A DNA stretch of 64,000 nucleotides, taken from Thermoplasmatota archaeon. GTDB lineage: Archaea; Thermoplasmatota; Thermoplasmata; UBA10834. The stretch covers positions 337,357 through 401,356 of the forward strand of contig JBFMHR010000001.1 of assembly GCA_040751795.1 (NCBI GenBank), written 5' to 3'. Positions 40,021-48,170 of the stretch are shown here, in pieces. Below the pieces are notes generated by a model. It searched no databases. It had not been told where the DNA came from and saw nothing but the letters and a program-made list of their open reading frames with translations. The position numbers and the translations under genes are program-made. Position 1 is the stretch's first letter; the number at the start of each line of letters is the position of its first letter.

Positions 40021-40800
40021 ATGGCCGTGAAGGCCGAGCTGAACGCGATAGCGGACGAGGTGATGCGGAGGTACCGGGAGCTCCCCAAGGACTTCGCGGG
40101 GCACATACCCGTGGGGAGGGGGGCGAGCGGCTCCAACACCTCCAAGATCGACAAGTTCGCCGAGGACGCGGTCCTGGCGCTCTTGGACGAGAGGGGCACC
40201 GACCTGAACGTCCTGAGCGAGGAGGCCGGGTTCGTCGACAGGGGCGGGAAGAGGACCCTGGTCCTGGACCCCATCGACGGCACCCTGAACTGCGTCAGGG
40301 GCATCCCCTTCTTCTCGATATCCATGGCCGTGTGCTCTAAGAGCATGGCCGACGCGGAGGCCGCCCTGGTGAAGAACCTCTACTCGGGCGACACCTACTA
40401 CGCCCGCAGGGGCGGCGGGGCGGAGCTGAACGGCCACAGGATAGGCGTCTCGAAGTACAGCAGGGACGACTCCGTCTTCCTCATGTTCGACGGGAGGGAC
40501 GTCGCCCCGGAGACGGAGAAGGTCAAAGCCCTGGCCACCAGGGTCAGGACCATGGGGTGCGCCTCGCTCGAGATGTGCCTGGTGGCCCAGGGCTCGGCCC
40601 AGGCGCACTACATGAACTGCACCAACCGCTCGAGGATGATCAGGATCGTGGACATAGCCGCCTCGTGCCTCATACTGCGCGAGGCGGGAGGGGAGGTCGT
40701 GGACCTCCAGGGCGGGAAGCTGGACATGGGGCTCTCCCTGGACGACAGGAAGAACTTCCTCGCGTACGGCGACCCGAAGGTCAAGGAGCTGGTCCTATGA
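40021..40800 (+). CDS. inositol monophosphatase / fructose-1,6-bisphosphatase family protein
   Basis: LDPIDGT and WDxAA-like motifs. Confidence 0.85.
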   Translation: MAVKAELNAIADEVMRRYRELPKDFAGHIPVGRGASGSNTSKIDKFAEDAVLALLDERGTDLNVLSEEAGFVDRGGKRTLVLDPIDGTLNCVRGIPFFSISMAVCSKSMADAEAALVKNLYSGDTYYARRGGGAELNGHRIGVSKYSRDDSVFLMFDGRDVAPETEKVKALATRVRTMGCASLEMCLVAQGSAQAHYMNCTNRSRMIRIVDIAASCLILREAGGEVVDLQGGKLDMGLSLDDRKNFLAYGDPKVKELVL

Positions 40801-41624
40801 GGATAGGCGTGGCGGGAACCCCGGAGCTGAAGAACTTCAGGAAGGTCGCGCAGAAGGTCCTGCAGGAGCTGGAGGACGAGGACCTCGTGTTCGAGGAACG
40901 CACGGGCGAGGCGCTCGGCCTGGACGGGGTGCCGTTGAACAAGCTGAAGGCCGACGTTCTGGTGAGCATCGGCGGCGACGGCACCATACTCAGGAACATC
41001 CAGGCCACGTCGATACCGATACTCGGCGTCAACGCCGGAGTCCTCGGCTTCCTCACCGAGGTGCAGCCCGACGAGATCAAGGAGTCCATCGCGCAGCTCC
41101 TCAGGGGCGACTACAAGGTCGAGAGGAGGCTCAGGCTCAAGGTCGTCGTGGACGGCAAGAGGCTCAAGGACGCCACCAACGAGGCGGTGGTGCACACGGC
41201 CCACGTGGCCAAGATGAGGCACTTCGTCGTATCGATAGACCACAAGCCCGCGACGGACATGCGGGCGGACGGCATCATAGTCGCCACCCCCACGGGCACC
41301 ACGTGCTACGCCATGAGCGTGGGATCGTCCATCATAGACCCGCGGGTGGAGGCGCTGGTGATAGCCCCCATAGCGCCCTTCAGGCTCTCCTCGAGGCCGC
41401 TGGTCGTCCCGGCCAAGAGCTCCATATCCGTCACGCTCCACGAGCCGAAGGAGTGCGTCATGGTGGTGGACGGCCAGGAGGAGGTCTTCCTGGACGGGGA
41501 CGAGGAGATCGTCTTCTCCGCATCGGAGAAGAAGGCGCGGTTCGTCATACTCAAGAGCGAGTTCTACAAGAACCTCGAGGAGAAGCTGATGGCCTCCTCG
41601 CCCATGATAGGGCACAGGCACTGA
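40797..41624 (+). CDS. nadK: NAD(+) kinase
   Basis: GGDGT motif. ATGA overlap with the IMPase stop. Confidence 0.85.
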   Translation: MRIGVAGTPELKNFRKVAQKVLQELEDEDLVFEERTGEALGLDGVPLNKLKADVLVSIGGDGTILRNIQATSIPILGVNAGVLGFLTEVQPDEIKESIAQLLRGDYKVERRLRLKVVVDGKRLKDATNEAVVHTAHVAKMRHFVVSIDHKPATDMRADGIIVATPTGTTCYAMSVGSSIIDPRVEALVIAPIAPFRLSSRPLVVPAKSSISVTLHEPKECVMVVDGQEEVFLDGDEEIVFSASEKKARFVILKSEFYKNLEEKLMASSPMIGHRH

Positions 41625-41641
41625 GGTCGGAAGGGTCAGGG

Positions 41642-42172
41642 ATGCCGGCGGTTGCAGTAGGCGCGATGAGGATCGACTACCCGAAGCGGTGGTTCGCGAT
41701 AGGCTCGGCCGTCGACGCCGCGGCCATGGCGGCCATGCTCTGGATGGCCTACGGGTCGATAGAGGACTTCTCGAGGTACTTCTGGACCGCGTGCGCCCTC
41801 CTTGTCTGCGTCCCCATACTCCTGGTGCTGGTCCCTCCCCTGTTCACGGCCCACCACATCGGCGAGAAGGGCCTCAGGCTAAGGATGGGCCTGCTCATGA
41901 ACACGACCATCCCCTACAGGTACATCGCCGGCATCAGCGGCTCCAACGTGAACTACGGCCCCTTCACCGTCGGCATAGGCGTCAAGTACGTCCCCAAGAA
42001 GGGCACGGTGTTCGTGACATCGTCCTTCACGGGCCTCGTGGCCCTGCAGTTCCACGGGCCCCAGCAGCTCGGGGGCGTCCTGAGGCCCATGGTCACCCAG
42101 GTCGTCCTGAGCGTCAGGGACAGGGACGGGTTCGTCGCCCTCGTGAGGGACAGGGCCGGGCTGGAGGGGTGA
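41642..42172 (+). CDS. hypothetical membrane protein (possible bacterial-PH-like domain)
   Basis: Two TM helices, then a beta-rich domain. True start MPAVAV is at 41642. Confidence 0.5.
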   Translation: MPAVAVGAMRIDYPKRWFAIGSAVDAAAMAAMLWMAYGSIEDFSRYFWTACALLVCVPILLVLVPPLFTAHHIGEKGLRLRMGLLMNTTIPYRYIAGISGSNVNYGPFTVGIGVKYVPKKGTVFVTSSFTGLVALQFHGPQQLGGVLRPMVTQVVLSVRDRDGFVALVRDRAGLEG

Positions 42173-42174
42173 GG

Positions 42175-42573
42175 GTGCCCCTCTTCGACTTCACCAGGGG
42201 CATGGAGCCCGTCAGGGCCATCAGGAGGCGCACCCTGAAGATGATCCTGGAGGCGTCCAAGTCGCAGTACCCCAACGAGTTCGCGGCGATGCTCAAGGCG
42301 GACAAGGGCGTCATCAAGGAGCTCTGGCTCCTGCCTGGGACCGAGTCGGGCGAGACATCCGCGCTCTTCAGGCTGCACATGATGCCGTCTGAGCCGAAGG
42401 TCGTGGGGACCGTGCACTCGCACCCCTCTCCCAGCTGCAGGCCCTCCGACGCCGACCTAGACCTCTTCAACAGGTTCGGGTACTGCCACATCATCGTGTG
42501 CGAGCCCTTCGGCATGAGGAGCTGGGCCTGCTACGACGGGCACGGGGAGCGCAGGAAGCTCGAAGTGGTCTGA
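42175..42573 (+). CDS. JAMM/MPN+ metalloprotease-like protein
   Basis: JAMM motif HSHPSPSCRPSDAD (HxHx7SxxD). GTG start at 42175, or ATG at 42202. Confidence 0.8.
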   Translation: MPLFDFTRGMEPVRAIRRRTLKMILEASKSQYPNEFAAMLKADKGVIKELWLLPGTESGETSALFRLHMMPSEPKVVGTVHSHPSPSCRPSDADLDLFNRFGYCHIIVCEPFGMRSWACYDGHGERRKLEVV

Positions 42574-42589
42574 GGGAGCGCACAGAAAA

Positions 42590-42932
42590 AGCTGCAGCCC
42601 CCGGACGGATTATTGCCGGGCGCACCATTCCGGTGCCCACTATACCGTCCGGGACTTACCTGCATGTGTCCAAGACACGGCGGAGGATAAAAAGATATCC
42701 CGCAGATGTAGCCCCGACCGAGGCACAATCGACTCCCTGCCGCTGGCAGATTGGATCTCCCCTGACTCCCGACGGAGCGCGGCATGAGGGGACTGAGATC
42801 AGGGACGAAATGCAGACCCCGGACGGAGTTTTAGATGGGTACACCATTCCGGTGCCCGCTATACCGCCGGGACTTACCTGCACTTGCCCGAGGTGACGCG
42901 GCGGATAAATATGTATCTCACGGACGTAGCTG
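42590..42932. repeat. two imperfect direct copies (~125 bp each, start-to-start 219 bp) of a structured element in a convergent intergenic region
   Basis: Copy 1 spans 42590-42722 and copy 2 spans 42809-42932. Shared blocks are tgcag-ccccggacgg, caccattccggtgccc, ataccg(t)ccgggacttacctgca, and ggcgga-gataaa..tatc. Confidence 0.55.
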
Positions 42933-42943
42933 AGGCTCCCCCT

Positions 42944-44182
42944 CTACGGTCCGGGCCCTGACTTACCTCGGGACCGGGTCAGAACCACCGCCAGGACCAC
43001 GGCTATGACGATGACTATGGCCACCGCCGCAATGGCCGGCACGCTCAGGCCGAACACAATCTCCTCGCTGCGCTCCACCGACAATGACACGCCCCCGACG
43101 GTCACGGCCCCGTCGCTGTCCTTGAGCTCGTAGGTGATGTCCAGATGGTCCGGGTCCTCGAATGCCCTGGTCACGGTCTTGTCCGGCGACCAGTCCGTGT
43201 CCCATGTCCCGTCGGACTCCCAGTCCCATCTGACCATCACGTCCTCGGGGCGGTCCTCGACGTCGCAGCAGTTGAGCAGCTCGATCGTCACGACGTTGGA
43301 CGGGGAGCTCTCCCTGGTGATGAAGTTGCCGTGGTCGATCGGCGGCGTGTTGACGTAGGCGTCGTTCCCCTCGACGGTGAAGGACGCGATGCCCGCGAAC
43401 GGGGATATGGGCGTGTAGACGACGTAGTCCCCGTCTGGGTACCCCGAGGCGTTCAGGGCCTTGGGCTCGAAGACGACCACCTCGCCAGGGGAGACGGGCT
43501 TGATCGAGGATATGAGGACCGTGTCCATCGGCTTGAATGTGCAGCCGTTCTCCCTGACTACGACCATGTGCCAGAAGTCCTCGACCGAGCCCACGATGCT
43601 GACCTCAGTGTCCCTGTTGTTCGTCAGGACGCACGAGACCTCGTACATGAGCGGCGAGGTCTCCTCCACGGTGACATCGAGGCTCACGCCTTCCCACTCG
43701 GCCATTTCCACGAGGCGGAAGGTCTCGGGCATCAGGCCAACCATGGAGTTGAGCTTGAACACGACGGACCGGTTGACCGCGGATCCGACCGCACTGAGCT
43801 CGAGCACGGGCGGGGTCGAGTTGGTGCTGCGAGCGTCAGGGTACTCGTCGACCATGGTCCAGAACCCCTCAGCCTCCATGGAGGCCAGGACGTCTTCGAA
43901 GAGTCCTGTCTCGGTCTGGATCCACTCCGAGTAGTTCAGAGGGAAGTAGGTCGGGTCCTTGCTGCCGACGTGGACGAAGGCCGACCCGTTCGGGTACAGG
44001 GTCGTGCCCCAGCAGACGGCGGCGGAGCCGTTGAGGTAGTGCTCCGCGCCGCTCAACGACAATATATCCACCTCCGGCGACGACATTGGTACAGCTGCGC
44101 GGTCTGCAGACGGCTGAGAAACCATGGAGGCGACCAGCATCAGCACGGACAGTGCGAGCAAGGACAGTACCACTCGGGACAC
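42944..44182 (-). CDS. secreted surface protein with C-terminal membrane anchor
   Basis: Signal peptide, N-glycosylation sequons, a C-terminal TM helix, and a basic tail. Confidence 0.6.
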   Translation of the reverse strand: MSRVVLSLLALSVLMLVASMVSQPSADRAAVPMSSPEVDILSLSGAEHYLNGSAAVCWGTTLYPNGSAFVHVGSKDPTYFPLNYSEWIQTETGLFEDVLASMEAEGFWTMVDEYPDARSTNSTPPVLELSAVGSAVNRSVVFKLNSMVGLMPETFRLVEMAEWEGVSLDVTVEETSPLMYEVSCVLTNNRDTEVSIVGSVEDFWHMVVVRENGCTFKPMDTVLISSIKPVSPGEVVVFEPKALNASGYPDGDYVVYTPISPFAGIASFTVEGNDAYVNTPPIDHGNFITRESSPSNVVTIELLNCCDVEDRPEDVMVRWDWESDGTWDTDWSPDKTVTRAFEDPDHLDITYELKDSDGAVTVGGVSLSVERSEEIVFGLSVPAIAAVAIVIVIAVVLAVVLTRSRGKSGPGP

Positions 44183-44267
44183 GGCATTTCCCCCGGATGT
44201 GAATCCCGCCGGGACGATATGAACCCTTGCGCCCCCTCCGCGAGACGGACGGTGATGCGCTGGCCGT

Positions 44268-45494
44268 CTAGAATACCTTGCTCCCCGGGGCGATGGTGCC
44301 CTTCGCCAGCGCGCCCATGCCTATGAAGGAGTTCTCGCCGATGATCGTCCCGACGTCGATCGTCGCGTTTATCCCGGTCTTGACGTCGTCGCCTATGATG
44401 GCGCCGAGCTTCCTCCTGCCGGAGCCGGTCTTCCTGCCGTCGACGACGACCATGACCTCCTTCTCGTCCAGGCGGAGGTTGGCGATCTTGGTCCCCGCGC
44501 CGAGGTTGCACCTCTCGCCTATGACGCTGTCGCCCACGTAGCTCAGGTGCGGCACCTTGGTCCCGTCCATGATTATTGAGTTCTTGACCTCGACGGAGTT
44601 GCCGACCCTGCACCCGTCGCCTATGGAGGTCGAGGGGCGGATGTAGGCGTTGGGGCCGATCTTGCAGTCCCTCCCGATGATGGCAGGGCCGACGATGTAG
44701 CTCCCCGGGAGGACCTCCGAGCCCTCCCCGACCTGGATGTCCCCCACTACGGTAGCCTTGTCCGATACGGTGCCCTCCACCTTCGCCTCGAGCCCCTCCA
44801 TGAGTATCCTGTTCGCCTCGAGGAGGTCCCACGGCCTCGCGACGTCCATCCACTCGCCTGTGAGGAGGTGGGTGTAGAGGTGCGACTTGGCCATCATGAT
44901 CCTGAATGAGTCGGTGATCTCGTACTCGCCCCTGACGGACTTCTTGGTCTCGGCTATGGCGTCGAATATCGCGGGCTCGAGGACGTACGCTCCAGCGTTC
45001 ACCAGGTTGCCCTCGGGCACCTCCGGCTTCTCGGCTATGTCCGCGACCACGCCGTCCTGGACCCTGATGCACCCGTACCTCCTCGGGTCCTCCACGGATG
45101 TAAGGGCCATCACGGAGCCCTTGACCTTCCTGTGGTGCGCGACGAGGCCCTTGACGCTCTCGTGGGTGAGGACCACGTCCCCGTACAGGCAGAAGAACGC
45201 GGAGTCCACCCTGTCCCTGATCATGCTGATGGCGTGGGCGGTGCCGAGCCTCTCCTTCTGCTCGACGTACTCTATCCTGACGCCGAACGCGGAGCCGTCC
45301 CCGAAGTGCTCCCTGATCCGGTTGGCCTTCCAGCCTATGAGGAGTATGACGTCCTTGATGCCCGCGGCCTTGAGCGCGTCGATGTTGTGCTCCAGGAACG
45401 GCTTTCCCGCGACTGGGAGCAGGGGCTTCGGGATGTTGGACGTGAGGGGCCTCATCCTGAGGCCCTCGCCAGCGGCGAGTATGTAGCCCTTCAC
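44268..45494 (-). CDS. bifunctional sugar-1-phosphate nucleotidylyltransferase / acetyltransferase (GlmU-like)
   Basis: LAAGEGLRMRP nucleotidyltransferase motif plus left-handed beta-helix hexapeptide repeats. GTG start overlaps the upstream TGA (GTGA). Confidence 0.85.
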   Translation of the reverse strand: MKGYILAAGEGLRMRPLTSNIPKPLLPVAGKPFLEHNIDALKAAGIKDVILLIGWKANRIREHFGDGSAFGVRIEYVEQKERLGTAHAISMIRDRVDSAFFCLYGDVVLTHESVKGLVAHHRKVKGSVMALTSVEDPRRYGCIRVQDGVVADIAEKPEVPEGNLVNAGAYVLEPAIFDAIAETKKSVRGEYEITDSFRIMMAKSHLYTHLLTGEWMDVARPWDLLEANRILMEGLEAKVEGTVSDKATVVGDIQVGEGSEVLPGSYIVGPAIIGRDCKIGPNAYIRPSTSIGDGCRVGNSVEVKNSIIMDGTKVPHLSYVGDSVIGERCNLGAGTKIANLRLDEKEVMVVVDGRKTGSGRRKLGAIIGDDVKTGINATIDVGTIIGENSFIGMGALAKGTIAPGSKVF

Positions 45495-46795
45495 TTCACG
45501 CACCTCCTGACCGCATCGGACATGCACTTCATTATCCCTTTGGCCCGGGCGGCGTCCCTGGCCTCGGCGACGATCCTGACCTTGGGCTCGGTCCCGGAGG
45601 GCCTCACGAGCGCCCACCCGTCCTCGAACCGGTGCCTGAAGCCGTCCATGGTCAGGAGCTCCTCGGAGTCGATGGACCCCATCTCCGCCTTGAGCCTCTT
45701 GAGGACCCTCGCCTTGTCCTCCGCCTTGAACGTGATGCCCGCCCTGAGCGTCGGGTAGACTGGGATCGCCTTCCTCAGCTCCGACAGCCTCTTCCTCGAG
45801 GCGATCTCCGCCAGCCTCGCGGCCGCCAGAACGCCGTCCGGGCAGAATATCTGGTCCGGGAAGATCCAGGTGCCGGAGGGCTCGCCCCCGAAGTCGGCCT
45901 TGGACCTCTTGACCTCCTCGCTCACGAACACATCGCCCACGCGCGTGCGCACGACCTTGGCGTCGATGCAGTCCTCCACGGCCATGGAGGCGTCGACCGT
46001 GACGACGACCTTCCTCTTGCCGTAGCGCTTCGCGAACAGAGCCAGGAGCTGGTCCCCGCCGAGGAACTGGCCCCTGTCGTCGATGGCGACCATCCTATCC
46101 GCGTCGCCGTCATGGGCTATGCCCATGTCGGCCTTCATCGAGACGACAGCGTTCCTCAGGTCCCCGAGGTTCTCCTCCGTCGGCTCGGGCATCCTCCCGG
46201 GGAAGTGCCCGTCCGGGTTGGAGTTGATCGTGACGACCTTGCAGCCCATGCGCTGGAGCACGATGGGCGTGACATTGAAAGCGGGGCCGTTGGCACAGTC
46301 GACCACGACCTTCAGCTTGGCCTTCCCCACGCCCCTGAGTATTCGCTGGGCGTGCATCTCGGGCATGTCCGAGAGGACATGCCTCTGTCCGACCCCGTCC
46401 CAGGGCTTGAGCTTGAACTTCCTGGATGACACCAGTTTCTCGATCCTCTCCGACTGCTCGACGCCGAACCCCGACCCGTCCGGGTTCCAGAGCTTGATGC
46501 CCGCATACTCCGGAGGGTTGTGGCTCGCCGTGAGCATGACCCCGGCGTCCATGCACCTGGTGGCCTCGGCCAGGGTGGGGGTGGTGACGAGCCCGCAGGA
46601 GTAGACCTGGCACCCGCAGGCCATGAGTCCCGAGGAGACCGCGGCCTCCATCATCGGGCCGGAGGTCCTCGAGTCGGTGCCTATGACGACGTTCCTGGCG
46701 CCCGAGCCGACGGCCATGCCTATGCGGCATGCGAGCTCGGGGGTCACACCGCTGTTCACGACCCCGCGGACCCCTGAAGAGCCGAAGAGCGACAT
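45491..46795 (-). CDS. glmM: phosphoglucosamine mutase / phosphohexomutase
   Basis: TASHNPPEY active-site loop. Start is MSLFGSSGVRG. Confidence 0.85.
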   Translation of the reverse strand: MSLFGSSGVRGVVNSGVTPELACRIGMAVGSGARNVVIGTDSRTSGPMMEAAVSSGLMACGCQVYSCGLVTTPTLAEATRCMDAGVMLTASHNPPEYAGIKLWNPDGSGFGVEQSERIEKLVSSRKFKLKPWDGVGQRHVLSDMPEMHAQRILRGVGKAKLKVVVDCANGPAFNVTPIVLQRMGCKVVTINSNPDGHFPGRMPEPTEENLGDLRNAVVSMKADMGIAHDGDADRMVAIDDRGQFLGGDQLLALFAKRYGKRKVVVTVDASMAVEDCIDAKVVRTRVGDVFVSEEVKRSKADFGGEPSGTWIFPDQIFCPDGVLAAARLAEIASRKRLSELRKAIPVYPTLRAGITFKAEDKARVLKRLKAEMGSIDSEELLTMDGFRHRFEDGWALVRPSGTEPKVRIVAEARDAARAKGIMKCMSDAVRRCVK

Positions 46796-46818
46796 CCGAC
46801 GAGACCTCTCCTGTCTGA

Positions 46819-48084
46819 ATGACGCACCCTGATATATTACAGGTACGGGGACGGCTTCCCCCGGCAATGTTCATAACGGGCCTTGGCCATGCACGCACCC
46901 GCAGGCGGCGGGGCGGGGACTTGGGCGATCCGGGCAGTTGTCCTGAGGGGTTCGTCGGCGCGTTCTACCAGGCGCTGAACAGGAGGCCCCTGCGGCACAG
47001 GGCGTCGACATACAGGAAGCTGATACTGATCGGGTACGCGTTCGCGTGCCTCGAGCTCGCGCTCCTGGCGGTGATGTACCGGGAGCCCTGGGACGTCGCC
47101 TGGACCCTCTACGGCATGGCGGCCGGGGGCTCGGTGGGGGCGCTGACCGTGCTCGTCGACGCCGCGCTCCTCCGCGACAGGCCGAAGCGGGAGTGGGCCG
47201 TGCGGCTGGGGTTCGGCGGCACCCTGTACCTCTGGCTGAAGCTCTACGTCGAGCCCATGATGGACACCAGGGAAGGGGAGTTCATCCTGGTGGGGGTCCT
47301 GCTCGGCGTCACCCTCGGCCTGGCGCTGCCGGGGAACATCTACTACAGGTACAAGCTCGCGGTCGAGAGGGCGGACGAGGGCAGGCCTGCGCCTGAGCGC
47401 GACGAGTGGGCCGAGAGGATGGAGGCTCTGGCGGAGGCCGTGTGCCAGGAGGAGAGGAGGGTGCTCATCCGGGGGAACCTTCTCAAGGCCTCCGCCGTCG
47501 CCATCGGGGCGTCGGCGGGCATAATGATCTGGGCAGCGACAGACATGGCGGTGGACCCTGAGTTCGACACCCTTACCGGCATCGCCGTCTGGTACCCCCT
47601 GATGGGGGCGGCGCTCGTCGCGCTGCTCCTCGGGCTGGTGAGGGGCGAGTGCAGGCTCATGCTCATCGCCGGCACCCTCGCAGGGTTCAGCTTCCTCGGG
47701 CCTCTGGCGGTGGCCGGACAGCTCCTGCTCTGGGCGGACCACAGGAGGTTCGGGCTCCCCTGGAAGGCCGGCGACGGGGACGATGCGGCCCGGAGGCTCG
47801 AGGAGCGGTGGACCGCCGAGATGAGGGCCTTCAGGGAGGCAACGGCCGGCAGGTTCAGGGACCTCGGGGTCATGCTGGAGGTCTGGGGCCCGCGGCCCAA
47901 TATCATCCAGAAGGAGGCGTCGCTGATGAGGAGAGACTTGGAGCGGGTGGAGGTGCTCCTGCTGGCCCTGCCGAAGGAGGACCCCCGGGGGGAGGCCGGA
48001 CGCCTCGAGCGGGTCGCGGGGCTCATCGAGGTCGCGAAGAGGATCGAGTCGTCCGACTTGTTCCGGAACGACTCTCTCCTCTAG
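46819..48084 (+). CDS. hypothetical polytopic membrane protein
   Basis: Multiple TM helices. The start is uncertain. Confidence 0.45.
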   Translation: MTHPDILQVRGRLPPAMFITGLGHARTRRRRGGDLGDPGSCPEGFVGAFYQALNRRPLRHRASTYRKLILIGYAFACLELALLAVMYREPWDVAWTLYGMAAGGSVGALTVLVDAALLRDRPKREWAVRLGFGGTLYLWLKLYVEPMMDTREGEFILVGVLLGVTLGLALPGNIYYRYKLAVERADEGRPAPERDEWAERMEALAEAVCQEERRVLIRGNLLKASAVAIGASAGIMIWAATDMAVDPEFDTLTGIAVWYPLMGAALVALLLGLVRGECRLMLIAGTLAGFSFLGPLAVAGQLLLWADHRRFGLPWKAGDGDDAARRLEERWTAEMRAFREATAGRFRDLGVMLEVWGPRPNIIQKEASLMRRDLERVEVLLLALPKEDPRGEAGRLERVAGLIEVAKRIESSDLFRNDSLL

Positions 48085-48170
48085 GGCCATCCGACCTCGT
48101 TCGACTCGTCCTATTCTGCATGGTCCGCCGAACGGCTGAGACGGCGAGGAGGGCCTACGGAGGGCGGAGG

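Noticed and set aside
42590-42932. Possibility that the duplicated element is a CRISPR array
   Set aside because: Only two copies, units ~125 bp, imperfect, and no cas genes nearby. The geometry is inconsistent with CRISPR.
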